A stretch of 64,000 bases of DNA from an uncultured Alphaproteobacteria bacterium (GTDB lineage: Bacteria; Pseudomonadota; Alphaproteobacteria; ATCC43930; CGMCC-115725): contig CAVOWQ010000030.1 in NCBI GenBank assembly GCA_963700195.1, positions 110,313 through 174,312 on the forward strand. Reading direction: 5' to 3'. Below the pieces are notes generated by a model, which saw only the letters and a program-made list of their open reading frames with translations, made no database searches and was not told where the DNA came from. The translations under genes and the position numbers were made by a program. Positions 18,816 to 33,087 of the stretch are shown in pieces (within the stretch, counting starts at the first letter, position 1; every line of letters begins with the position of its first letter).

Positions 18816-19748
18816 TCAAACACCGCGGCGGACCGACGTGAGGACCGCCCGCGCCAAGTCTTCGCGATCCTCGATGGTCGACATCAAGGTGTGCGCCAAT
18901 ATCGCTGGGATGCCGAGGCCTTCTACCTCGCTCGCATCCGCCTCGTCGGCGATGAAGACGTCGAGGATGTCCTCATAGTGCCGTGCGACAGCAATGGCGC
19001 CGACCGAGAGACCGAGCTCGGCCATGATCTTGGCGGTCGGGCCCTTGACCGCCCTGCCGCCGATGATCGGCGAGACCGCGACGACCGGCGCCCGGCAAGC
19101 GCGCAACGCGTCGCGGACGAGCGGCAGGCTGAGGATCGGATCGATGCTGAGAAACGGGTTCGACGGGCAGATCACGACCAGTTCGAGATCGTCGCCGGCG
19201 AGGGCCTCAAGAAAATCGGGGTTAGCGCGCGCCTCGGAAGCGCCGGCATAGGCAATCTCGCGCACTACCGGTGAAGCCTGCAGCCGCACAAAATAATCCT
19301 GGAAGTCGAGCCAGCCCTTTTGGGTTCGCAGGCGCGTGTGCACTCGGTCGTCACTCATCGGCAACAGCCGCGCCGAGATGCCGAGGCGGCAGCGGAAATC
19401 GTCGGTGACCTGCGAAAGGCTCTCTCCGGCCGCAAGCCGTCGGGTGCGCTCGACATGAGTAGCGAGGTCGCCGTCGCCGAGCTTGAACCAGGTTTCGCCG
19501 CCCAGCGCCTCGAGCGCCGCCATGAAGGTCCAGGTCTCGCTGCGCCTACCCCATCCGAGCTCCGGATTGTCGATGCCGGCGAGCGTATATAGGAGCGTGT
19601 CGATATCGGGCGAAATCGAGAGGCCGAGGTGCTCGAAATCGTCGCCGGTATTGGCGACGACGGTCAGCTCCCCCGGCGGCAATACGCGGTAGAGGCCGAG
19701 GGCCAGCTTGGCGCCGCCGATCCCGCCCGACAGCGCCACCACGCTCAT
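18816..19748 (-). CDS. cofD: 2-phospho-L-lactate transferase CofD/FbiA
   Basis: 310 aa. MSVVALSGGIGGAKLALGL..VVANTGDDFEHLGL is the CofD signature. The start overlaps the cofE stop (ATGA). Confidence 0.9.
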   Translation of the reverse strand: MSVVALSGGIGGAKLALGLYRVLPPGELTVVANTGDDFEHLGLSISPDIDTLLYTLAGIDNPELGWGRRSETWTFMAALEALGGETWFKLGDGDLATHVERTRRLAAGESLSQVTDDFRCRLGISARLLPMSDDRVHTRLRTQKGWLDFQDYFVRLQASPVVREIAYAGASEARANPDFLEALAGDDLELVVICPSNPFLSIDPILSLPLVRDALRACRAPVVAVSPIIGGRAVKGPTAKIMAELGLSVGAIAVARHYEDILDVFIADEADASEVEGLGIPAILAHTLMSTIEDREDLARAVLTSVRRGV

Positions 19749-20525
19749 CGGAAGAGATCGTGCTCGGCGGGCCGGATCAAGGCGGCGCCGGGCACCTCCG
19801 GAGCAGACCAGCGGAGCCCGCGGACCAGCACCATCGGCACGGCTTCATCTGCCTGGCCCATCAGCAGGCCCGCGGCGGCAGCGATTTCGTCGGCGAAGCC
19901 GGTTTCGGTCACCAGCAATTCCCGTCCGAAAAGATCGGGGTGACCGCGCAAGTCGATCAGCGCCGGCAATCCTGCGGCACCGAGCGCAATGCCGACGGTT
20001 CCCTTGCGCCAAGGCCGGCCAAAGCTGTCGCTGACGATGACGGCGATCTCAGTCTTAAAAACCGCGACCAGATGCTCCCGCAGCGCGCGCGCCGAGCCGT
20101 CCGGGTCTTTCGGCAACAGCAGAACCCGTTCGCCGCCGGCATGCGTCGGCAGGTTCGAATGGTCGATGCCCGCATTGGCCATGACAAAGCCGAGCCGGTG
20201 CTCGACGATCAGCAATCCCGGACGGTGGCGCACCACCCGTCGCGACTTCGGACAGCACCACCTCGACGAACCGCGGGTCCTTGTCGACCTCGGCGGCGAG
20301 CGCGACCGCTCTGTCCGACGGCTCGACGGTCGTCACGTCGACATAACGCCCCTCGGCCTTTGAGACGATCTTCTGCGCCACAACCAGCACATCGCCGGCT
20401 TCCGGCACAATCCCGTTTGCCGCAAACGCGGCAACGGCGATCGCACCGAGATCGTCCCCCGGCTCGACCAGCTTTATGCCGGTAAGCGGGATAAGGGTTA
20501 GCTGCGCAGCAGGCATGTCCGCCAA
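19745..20525 (-). CDS. cofE: F420-0:gamma-glutamyl ligase CofE (stand-alone, short form); apparent frameshift near 20230-20240
   Basis: The N-terminal part (LIPLTGIKLVEPGDDLG..VVAQKIVSKAEGR..DPRFVEVVLSE) and the C-terminal part (RRVVRHRPGLLIVEHRLGFVMANAGID..SDSFGRPWRKG) are in two frames. Skipping one base restores continuity. Confidence 0.85.
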
Positions 20526-20530
20526 GACTA

Positions 20531-20672
20531 TCTCCCTCTCCGCCCCTGGGGGCGGAGAGGGTCGGGGTGAGGTGGGGAAAGCCGCAAACTCCGACCGACG
20601 GCGCCCACCTCACCCTCCCGACGCTAGCGTGCCGGGCCCCTCCCTCTCCCCGGCGAAGGGCGGAGAGGGGCG
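20531..20672. repeat. REP-like repeat cluster (family A)
   Basis: ctccctctccgcccctgggggcggagagggtcggggtgagg ... cctcaccctcc ... ctccctctccccggcgaagggcggagagggg. Confidence 0.8.
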
Positions 20673-20701
20673 AACGGCGGCGAATTTCGGGCCCCGCCGC
20701 A

Positions 20702-21722
20702 TCAGCCGAGCTTCGAGCGCAGCAACGGCAGCACCTGCTCGGCGTAGAGCTTGAGAAACCGGGGCTGGTCGGGGCCGGGGGCGTGAAAGACGAGGTGGGT
20801 CAAGCCGAGATCGACATAGGGCCGGATCTGGGCCAGCTGCTCCTCGGGGTCGGAAGACACGATCCAGCGGCTCGCCGCCCGCTCGATCGGCAAGGCGTCG
20901 GCCAGCCGCTCCATCTCGCGCGGGTCCTCGACGCTCATCTTCTCTTCGGGGGTCAGGGCGAGCGCGGCCCAATGCCGCGTGTCCTCCATCGCCCGCTTCG
21001 GGTCGGTGTCGAACGAGACCTTGACCTCGATCATCCGTTCGAGGTTGCCGCCCGGTCGCCCCGCCCGCTTGAGGCCCTCCTCGACTTTTGGTAAGCAGCG
21101 TCTCGCGATAGAGCGCATCGCCCTTGCCGCTCGTGCAGATGAAGCCGTCGCCGATCTCACCGGCCATGGCCGCCGCGGTCGGACCCGATGCGGCGATCCA
21201 GATCGGCACCGGCTTCTCCGGGCGGTCGTAAATCGTCGCCGCCAGGGTGCGGTAATACTGGCCCTCGAATGTGACGCGTTCCTCGGTCCACAGCCGCCGG
21301 ATCAAGGCGATCGACTCGCGCAGCCGGCCCTGCCGCTCCTTGAAGCCCGGCCATTTCATGCCGGTCGCCGGCACTTCGTTGAGCGACTCGCCGGTCCCGA
21401 CGCCGAGCACGACGCGGTCGGGGCACATGACCCCGAGAGTGCCGAACGCCTGGGCGACGACCGAGGGATGATAGCGGAAGGTCGGCGTCGCGACACTGGT
21501 GCCGATCTGGACGCGCCGGGTCTTGGCGCCGAGCGCCGCCAGCCAGGCAAACGAAAACGGCGCGTGCCCGCCGGTGTGCTTCCACGGCTGGAAGTGGTCG
21601 CTGACAAACACCGAGTCGAACCCGACCTCCTCGGCGAGGCAGGAAAACTCCAACAGCTCGCGCGGCCCGAATTGTTCGGCCGACGCCTTGTATCCGAGCT
21701 TCAACAATTGCCGCTCCTTCAC
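20702..21722 (-). CDS. F420-dependent oxidoreductase, glucose-6-phosphate dehydrogenase (Fgd) family LLM; apparent frameshift near 21088-21095
   Basis: [44 protein letters not shown] is the Fgd-family signature. The C-terminal [30 protein letters not shown] is in another frame. GTG 21722, or TTG 21707 with AAGGAG 6 nt upstream. Confidence 0.85.
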
Positions 21723-21750
21723 AAAGAATTCGCGATACTCGATTTTGAGC

Positions 21751-21841
21751 TGTCATTGCGAGCGCAGCGAAGCAATCTCGGGCGACGGTGCGTCAATGGG
21801 CCCGAGATTGCTTCGTCGGCCCGTGGCCTTCTCGCAATGAC
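21751..21841. repeat. palindromic MITE-like repeat (family B), copy 2
   Basis: tgtcattgcgagcgcagcgaagcaatctcg ... cgagattgcttcgtcg ... ctcgcaatgac. Homologous to 1789-1880. Confidence 0.8.
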
Positions 21842-21854
21842 CAGCTAAAACTGC

Positions 21855-22809
21855 TCACACCTTCGCCAGTACGTCCTCACGGAAACGCCGCATATTGGAG
21901 AGCATCGCGTCGGCGGTCGCGCCATCGAAATTCAAATCGACATAGCCGACGCCGAAATCGCGAAACGCTCTCAGATCGGCGATCACATCCGCCGTCTCGC
22001 CGGAGAACAGCCGCCGCTCGCCGTCATCCGCGTGGTCCGGCAGAGACTTGCCCCAGCCGGTGATGCGGTAGGCGAGGCCCATTTTCGACGGGTCGCGTCC
22101 CGCCTCGCGGGTCAGCCGGCGCAGCCGCTCGACGCCGGCCTGGAAGCGCTTCATCGAGTTCGAGCCGGTGCTGCGGATTGGTGCCGATCGGATACCAGGC
22201 GTCGCCGATCCGCGCGGTGCGGCGCAGCGCAGGGCCGCTCTCGCCGCCGACCCAAATCGGCGGGTGGGGCTTCTGCACCGGCTTCGGCTCGAACAGGATG
22301 TCGGCGAATTTGACGTGACGGCCCTCGAAGCGCGGATCGTCCTTGGTCCACAACTCGCGGAACGCATCGAGGTATTCGTCGGTGACCGCACCGCGCTCGG
22401 GAAAGGGCGGGACGCCGAGCGCCTGGAACTCTTCCTTCATCCAGCCGGCGCCGATGCCGAAGGTCAGCCGGCCGTTCGACAACACGTCGATCGTCGCCAG
22501 CATCTTGGCCTGCAATACCGCCGGGCGGTGCGGCACGACGGTTACCGAGGTGACGAGGCGCAGCCGCGAGGTCTTGCCGGCGACAAACGCCACCGCGATC
22601 AACTGCTCGTGCCGGTCGCCGCGCGATCGGCCGGGGAATTCGCCGGTGTCGCTGTAGGGATATTTGGCTTCGATATCGCGAGGGATCACGACGTGGTCGC
22701 TGATCGTCGCGTAGTCGTACCCCATCGCTTCGCCCTCGGCGGCGATGCGCGCGAGATTGTCCGGTGTCGAGAGCGGCCCGCTGACCGGCGCACCAAAGCC
22801 GAACTGCAT
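21855..22809 (-). CDS. LLM-class F420-dependent oxidoreductase (Rv2161c-like); apparent frameshift near 22160-22175
   Basis: ATG 22809 after GGAGGG. MQFGFGAPVSGP..TISDHVV..GRLTFGIGAGW..PPIWVGGES..AWYPIGTNPQH, then SMKRFQAGVERLRRLTREAGRDP..DLNFDG in another frame. Confidence 0.8.
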
Positions 22810-22870
22810 CTCAATCCCTCCAGGCAATATATCGATCTGGTGTTAGGCTAGCAGGGCGCAAGTGGTGTGG

Positions 22871-23774
22871 CTACCGGTCAGCCTCCTGCCGGAGCCAATT
22901 GCGGAAGGCTCGGACCTTGGGGCGTTCGAGCGCGCCCGGCGCGCTGACGATGTAATAGGCGAACTGGTCCGGCAGCGCGAGCGAGAACAGCCGGACGAGG
23001 CGTCGGGCGGCGAGGTCGGCCGCGGCGATCGTGCTGTAGGCCAGCACGATACCCTGGCCGGCAATCGCGGCATCGAGCGCCAGTGACATGCTGTTGAAGG
23101 TGAGGCCCGCGGTAATCGGAACGGTCTTTAACTCCCGCGGCCTTGAGCCACATCGGCCAAGTCGGCACCAGCGGATCGCGTTCCGCAGCCTGATCGTGAA
23201 TGAGGGTATGGCGGGGGAGATCGTCGGGGGTGCGCAGCGGCGGTCCGGCGGTCAGCAATTTCGGACTGCAGGCCGGGAAGACCTCGTTGGTGAACAACAG
23301 GTCGACATCGAGCCCAGGGTAAATGCCGCGGCCGTAACGGATCGCGATATCGAAATCGCCCCTGGTCAGATCGACGACCTCATCGGTCGCGGAGATCCGC
23401 ACGTCTACCTCGGGGTGCTGCTCCTGAAACCGGTGCAGGCGCAGCACCAGCCACTTGCCGGCGATCGACGGTGAGGCGGTAACGGTCAAGGTCCCGGTGT
23501 CGTTGTGCGCGCGCAGCCGCCTGACCGAGGATTGGATGCCGGCAAAGGCTTCCGTGAGGCCGGGCAGCAGAATCTGGGCAGAGGCCGTCAGCTCGATCGA
23601 GCGGTTCATGCGGTGAAACAGCCTGACCCCGAGATCCTCCTCCAAGGCATGGATCTGATGGCTGATCGCGGCCGGCGTCACATGCAATTCGTCGGCGGCC
23701 TTGCTGAAGCTCATGTGCCGGGCCGCCGCTTCAAACGCCCGCAGCGCGCTCAAGGGGGGAAGATGATTATTCAT
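22871..23774 (-). CDS. LysR-family transcriptional regulator (GcvA-like); apparent frameshift near 23105-23125
   Basis: N-terminal HTH LPPLSALRAFEAAARHMSFSKAADELHVTPAAISHQI. The C-terminal TAGLTFNSMSLALDAAIAGQGIVLAY..FRNWLRQEA is in a second frame. Confidence 0.85.
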
Positions 23775-23905
23775 CGCGGATGAGGAAATCTAACCCGTCG
23801 CTGAGAAACTCTCGTTTGTCGCCACATGCCATAGCGGCCATTTTTAGCCCAAGCGAGTTCGACGGGAGCATGGTCGCGTCGTTCTCCGAGTTTAGGAGAG
23901 TTCAT

Positions 23906-24133
23906 ATGGTAGCGATTCATTGGCATGCCACCCGGGGCCGGCCCCGGCAGCGTCATGCCGTTCTCGCACTGGGTGATGCTTGGGACCACGCCGTCGCGAG
24001 CTTGGGCAAATGGCGCCGGCGCAGCCGCGAGCGCGGGGAACTTGCTGCACTCGACGACAGGATGCTGAAGGACATCGGGCTTACCCGGGCAGATGCCGAA
24101 TTCCTGAGCAACAAGCCGTTTTGGAGGGAGTAA
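23906..24133 (+). CDS. DUF1127 domain small protein
   Basis: ATG 23906 six nt after AGGAGA. C-terminal LAALDDRMLKDIGLTRADAEF is the DUF1127 signature. Divergent from the LysR gene. Confidence 0.75.
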   Translation: MVAIHWHATRGRPRQRHAVLALGDAWDHAVASLGKWRRRSRERGELAALDDRMLKDIGLTRADAEFLSNKPFWRE

Positions 24134-24264
24134 TGACCGTGTTGGCGATCGCGGGCAGCACTATCGGCGCATGGTGGCGCCGCGCTATACTGGCGCTCGC
24201 GCACCCGGCGCCGCGCTCGAAGAGCGACGTCCCGCCTGAGTTTTACAGATTTCCCATCTTCTGA
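24133..24264 (+). CDS. candidate 43-aa membrane peptide (unannotatable)
   Basis: The ATG overlaps the DUF1127 stop (TAATG) with GGAGGGAG immediately upstream. MTVLAIAGSTIGAWWRRAILALAHPAPRSKSDVPPEFYRFPIF has one hydrophobic helix. No homology known to me. Confidence 0.35.
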   Translation: MTVLAIAGSTIGAWWRRAILALAHPAPRSKSDVPPEFYRFPIF

Positions 24265-24300
24265 GTCTTGGACCCCAGCGACCCCAAAGGAGGACCGAAT

Positions 24301-25126
24301 ATGAGCAAAACCGACAGCCTGCCCTATGTCGAGGCCGAGCTGAACTATCTCGGCCCGATGACCGAGCGGCCGCGCTATTACGCCTATGAGACGGGGCGAG
24401 CGCTCGAACATGACCTACGATCCGCACAAGATGCGCATCCACGACATGCGGCCGATCTCGTCCGACGTGTCGCTCGACACGCAGGGTTTCGCGCTCGTCG
24501 AGCAGCGCAGCGCGGTGCAGGATTTCTGGGACGACGACGAGGTCCGCCGGGTCTATTACCCGGAGGCCGAGCGCGTCATCAAACAGGTGACCGGCGCCAG
24601 CCGCGTCTTCATCTTCGACCATCTGCAGCGCCGCCGCGTGACCGGGCTGCAGGACCGCGCGCCCGGTGGGCCGCGCCAGCCGGCGACCCGCGTGCATGTC
24701 GACCACACCGCGAAATCGGGCCCGCAGCGGGTTCGCGACCTGTTGCCCGACGAGGCCGAGGAATTGCTGAAAGGCCGCGTCCAGGTGATCAACTTCTGGC
24801 GCCCGCTCTTCAGCCCATTGCAGGACGCGCCGCTCGCGGTCTGCGACTCCCGCACCGTCGCCGCCGAAGACCTCGTGCCCTCGGACCTGGTCTACAAGGA
24901 ACGGGTCGGCGAGACCTATTCGGTGCGGTACAACCCGGCGCACCAGTGGTATTACGTGCCGGAAATGCGGCGCGACGAGGCGCTGCTGTTGAAGATCGCC
25001 GACACCCGGACCGACATCCCGGCCCGCTTTATGCCGCACACCTCGTTCACCGACCCGACGACGCCCCCCGACGCGCGTCCGCGTGAAAGCATCGAGGTCC
25101 GCACGCTCGTCTTCCACCCGGCCTGA
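24301..25126 (+). CDS. CmcJ/NvfI-family oxidoreductase-like protein; apparent frameshift near 24395-24400
   Basis: ATG 24301 after AAAGGAGGA. MSKTDSLPYVEAELNYLGPMTERPRYYAYETG, then (+1) ERSNMTYDPHKMRIHDMRP..RVHVDHT..VINFWRPL. Resembles the cephamycin CmcJ-like family. Confidence 0.7.
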
Positions 25127-25136
25127 AGCCGGCGCT

Positions 25137-25220
25137 ACCCTCACCCACCAAGCCTTCGGCTTGGTCCCCCTCTCCCGCACCGCGGGAGAGGGTGGCGAGC
25201 GCAGCAAGGCGGGTGAGGGA
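25137..25220. repeat. REP-like repeat (family A)
   Basis: ccctcaccc..ccccctctcccgcaccgcgggagagggtggcgagcg..gggtgaggga. Confidence 0.75.
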
Positions 25221-25245
25221 GTCTCTGCGAAGAAGGGGTACGGCG

Positions 25246-26417
25246 ATGCTGAGCGGCGTCTATCGCTTTCCGCAGATGGAAAGCGTCGTGTTCGGCAAAC
25301 CCTTTTCCGAGGCGCTGGCCCAGGAGGTCGACCGTCTCGACGCCCGCGCCGTCTTCGTCCTGGCGAGCGGCACCTTGTCGCGCGAGACCGACCTCGTCGA
25401 GCGGTTGCGGCAAATGCTCGGCAACCGCTTTGCCGGGCTCTGCGCCAAGATTGGCGCGCATACGCCGCGTGACGATGTCGTCGCTGCGGCCAATTCGGCG
25501 CGCACGTCGGGCGCCGATCTGATCGTCACCCTGGGCGGCGGCTCGGTCACCGATGCGGCAAAGATGGTCGGTCTGTGCCTCGGCAATGACGTCACGACGC
25601 CCGAGCAGCTCGACGACTACCGCGCCCGCATCGCCGCGGACGGCACGGTCGAGCGCCCCGCGGTCAAGCCGCCTGCCGTCCGCATGATCGCGATCCCGAC
25701 CACGTTGTCGGCGGGCGAGTTTTCGGCCGGCGCCGGCTGCACCGACACCGCAGCGCCACGTCAAGGAAAGCTTCAGCCATCCGCAGATGATCCCGCGCAC
25801 CGTCATCCTCGACCCGGATGCGAGTGTACACACGCCTGAGTGGCTGTTTCTGTCGACCGGCATCCGGGCGGTCGACCATGCCGTCGAGGACATCTGCTCG
25901 GTGAATGGCCAGCCGATTTCCGAGGGCGCGGCCTATCACGCGCTGCTCCTTCTCGGAAAGGGCCTGCCGGGGGTCAAAGCGGACCCCGAGGATCGCGACG
26001 CCCGGCTCGACTGCCAGATCGGCGCCTGGATGTCGATGGTCGGCTCGCAGACCGGCGTCAGCAAAGGCGCGAGCCACGGGATCGGCCATGTGCTGGGCGG
26101 CACCGCCGGCGTGCCGCATGGCTACACCTCCTGCATCATGCTGCCCCACGTGCTGCGCTTCAATCACCCGGTCAACGCCGAAAAACAGGCGCGGGTCAGC
26201 GAGGCGCTCGGCCGGCCCGGCGAACCGGCAGCCGAAATCGTCGCCGAATTGATCGTCGGGCTCGGCTTGCCGACCCGGTTGCGCGATGTCGGGGTCAAGC
26301 CGGAGCAGCTCGACGCTGATCGCTGAGAACTCGATGCACGACCGCTGGGTGCACACAAACCCGCGCAAGATCGACGGATCTGCGGTCATTCGAACATTGC
26401 TCGACGCTGCTTGGTAG
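25246..26417 (+). CDS. iron-containing alcohol dehydrogenase family protein (maleylacetate reductase-like); two apparent frameshifts (about 25750-25760 and about 26313-26316)
   Basis: GGGSVTDAAK, IAIPTTLSAGEF, then VKESFSHPQMIPRTVILDP..HGIGHVLGG..HG, then LIAENSMHDRWVHTNPRKI..LLDAAW* in a third frame. Confidence 0.8.
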
Positions 26418-26492
26418 GCGGCCAAGCCGCACTCTGGCTGCCCGCGGTCTAATCGAGCGGCGTAGCCTCGTCGCCCGGGCGCGCGTCGGTCA

Positions 26493-30614
<4,122 letters not shown>

Positions 30615-30633
30615 GAAACGGCCAACCCGAAAG

Positions 30634-31093
30634 CTACTCGAGCGGGTAATCGTAACGGATAAAGCCGTTGAAGCGGGCAATCCGGTCGTAGAGCGACCGC
30701 GCCGTCGGCGTTGTCCTCCTTCGTCGTCCAGTAGAGCCGATAGCAGCCGCGCTCGCGGGCGGCCCCGGCGACCGCTTCGATGAGCCGGCGGCCGATGCCG
30801 CCGCGTCGGCAGGCTGCGTCGACGAAGAGATCCTGCAGGTAACAGACCTCCTTGGCCGTCCAGGCATGCGGGTGAAAGAGGTAGTGGGCGATCCCGACGA
30901 GCGGCGCGGTCGCGCCGCCGAGCCGCGCTCCCAGACCGCGGATCGGGCCTTCCGCGGCGATCAGCCGCTGCCAGGTGTGGTCGTAAATCTCCGGCGGCAG
31001 GCGGGTCTCGTAAAAATCGAGATAGCCGCGCCACAGCTCGGCCCAGCGGTCGCGGTCTTGCCGGGTGATCGGGTTAACGACGATTTCGACCAA
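30634..31093 (-). CDS. GNAT family N-acetyltransferase; apparent frameshift near 30700-30715
   Basis: TTG start. LFVDAACRRGGIGRRLIEAV is the acetyl-CoA-binding motif A. The C-terminal ARSLYDRIARFNGFIRYDYPLE* is in another frame, giving an end at 30634 just after the convergent cyclase gene. Confidence 0.8.
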
Positions 31094-31158
31094 GACGGCT
31101 CTCCCGCTTCCCGGCCTGCGATAGTACCATAGGCTGCGATTATCATCGGAGCTTCGCG

Positions 31159-32232
31159 ATGTTGGTTTTCCGGCAGCTGTTCGATCCGCCGTCCTCCACC
31201 TACACCTACCTGCTTGCCGATGGCGGCAGCGGAGCGGCGGTCATCATCGACCCGGTGTTCGAGCAGGTGCGGCGCGACGCGGCGCTGATCGAGGAACTCG
31301 GCCTGCGCCTCGCCTACGCCCTTGAAACGCACGTCCATGCCGATCACGTGACCGGCGCGTGGCTGCTGAAACAGCGGACCGGATGCCGGATTGCGCTGGC
31401 GGCCAACAGCGGCGCCGAGGGCGCCGACCGCTATCTGGTGCAGGACGACGTGGTCGCGTTTGGCGATCGCAATCTCCAGGTGCGCCAGACCCCCGGCCAT
31501 ACCAATGGCTGCCTGACCTATGTGCTCGACGACCGCAGCATGGCGTTCACCGGGGACTGTCTGTTTGTCAGAGGCACCGGGCGGACCGATTTCCAGCAAG
31601 GCGACCCGCACGCGATGTACCGCTCGATCCACGAACAGATCTTCACCTTGCCGGATTCGTGCCTGCTCTACCCCGCGCACGATTATCGCGGACTGACGGT
31701 CACCAGCGTCCGCGAGGAAAGGCGGTTCAACCCGCGCCTGGGGGGCGAAATCGGGGAAGGCGATTTTACCGGGTACATGAAAAACCTGCGCCTGGCCCAT
31801 CCGAAGAAGCTCGATGTGGCGGTGCCCGCCAATCTGAAATGCGGACGGCCCGAAAGCGGCGTCGGGATGACGGCGGAGCCGAATTGGGCGGCGCTCAGAT
31901 ATTCGTTTGCCGGGATCTGGGAAATCGATCCGCACGGGCTCGAGGAACACGCGCCGGCGGTCCAGATCGTCGACGTGCGCGAGCCCGAGGAGTTCACCGG
32001 CCCGCTCGGGCACATTCGCGGCGCCGTCCTGATCCCGCTGGGCGACCTCGCCGAGCGCGCCGGGGAGCTGGCGCGCGATCGCCCGATCGTCGCCGTCTGC
32101 CGCGCCGGCAGCCGCTCCGCGCAAGCCACCGTCATTCTGCGCGAAGCGGGCTTTGGCGACGTCGCCAACCTTGCCGGCGGCATGCTGCGCTGGCGCGCCG
32201 AAGGCCACGCCGTCGAAGGCGGCAGGGTTTAG
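31159..32232 (+). CDS. MBL-fold persulfide dioxygenase (ETHE1-like) fused to a C-terminal rhodanese domain
   Basis: FRQLFDPPSSTYTYLL..ETHVHADHVTG..TPGHT..GDCLF (MBL/ETHE1 motifs). C-terminal rhodanese with active-site loop CRAGSRS. Confidence 0.9.
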   Translation: MLVFRQLFDPPSSTYTYLLADGGSGAAVIIDPVFEQVRRDAALIEELGLRLAYALETHVHADHVTGAWLLKQRTGCRIALAANSGAEGADRYLVQDDVVAFGDRNLQVRQTPGHTNGCLTYVLDDRSMAFTGDCLFVRGTGRTDFQQGDPHAMYRSIHEQIFTLPDSCLLYPAHDYRGLTVTSVREERRFNPRLGGEIGEGDFTGYMKNLRLAHPKKLDVAVPANLKCGRPESGVGMTAEPNWAALRYSFAGIWEIDPHGLEEHAPAVQIVDVREPEEFTGPLGHIRGAVLIPLGDLAERAGELARDRPIVAVCRAGSRSAQATVILREAGFGDVANLAGGMLRWRAEGHAVEGGRV

Positions 32233-32235
32233 AGA

Positions 32236-33087
32236 GCTCGGGTATAGCCCCGTTGTCGGATCGACGGGACCTGAGAGGTTCGCGTCGAACTCAACCAGGG
32301 CGATCGGCGCCGGCGCACACGCGTCAACCGCGGGCCGGGTATGCTGAATTTGCCCACCGAACGGCTGCGAGACTAGCCCGGTCACGATATTCGTCGTAGT
32401 CCCGTCCAGCGGATCAAAGAAGCCGATGCCCGTCGGGTTATTGGCCGTGTCCATATGGGACGGGTCAAAATCCCCGAAGACCGTAAAGGCTGCCGTCCGC
32501 CCGGTGTTGTTGATTGCATCGAGGTTATCGGCCGGGCTGCCGCCTCCGGTGGCGGGATCGAGCGATGTGAACTCGAAATTAGTTGGCGTCGAACGCGCGG
32601 CTCGCGCGACGTTGGATACGCAGGTAGATCCACGAATACAGGATTTCGGGCTCAATAGCCCGAGACTGCGGACTCCCTCCGCCGTGTTCAAGTGACAGCC
32701 GAGGCAGAACGCCTGATTGCTCATCGGCCCCAGGCCTTCGGCGGCGGTGTGCGGGGTGGTGAAGAAAGTCAGTCCCTCGAGGATTTCTGGCGCTCATCGA
32801 GCGTAGCGTCCGGGAATATCAACGCCGAGAGGTCCTGCAGCTGCAGCGGGAACGGACCAACAACCCCGAATTTGCTGCGCAGAACGCGCTCTACCGGCCG
32901 CAACACCCTTTCGGCTGGCGGGACCGCGATGTCGAAGATCCCCGACCCAGCCGATCCCGCTTCCTGGACCCGCTCCGTCAGCAGCTCGGCATCACTCGGG
33001 ACGTTCAGACCCCAGCTCGGCGGAAACTGGGAGCGCGAAAATATTCAACGCTGTGAGGACGGTCAGTGGCTTGAGAAGCTTGCGCAT
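32236..33087 (-). pseudogene. fragmented gene for a secreted c-type haem protein (one CxxCH; DUF1111/di-haem peroxidase-like N-terminal region)
   Basis: ATG 33087 gives signal peptide MRKLLKPLTVLTALNIFALPVSA. The coding sense continues in two other frames (switches near 33000-33025 and 32775-32790). LEGLTFFTTPHTAAEGLGPMSNQAFCLGCH has CxxCH at 32692-32706. There is no recognisable C-terminal half before the convergent gene at 32232. Confidence 0.4.

Noticed and set aside
30961-32724. 587-aa minus-strand ORF
   Set aside because: Only the 5' about 490 nt (32236-32724) look like real coding sequence (CxxCH protein fragment). The rest is the antisense of the intact MBL-rhodanese gene.
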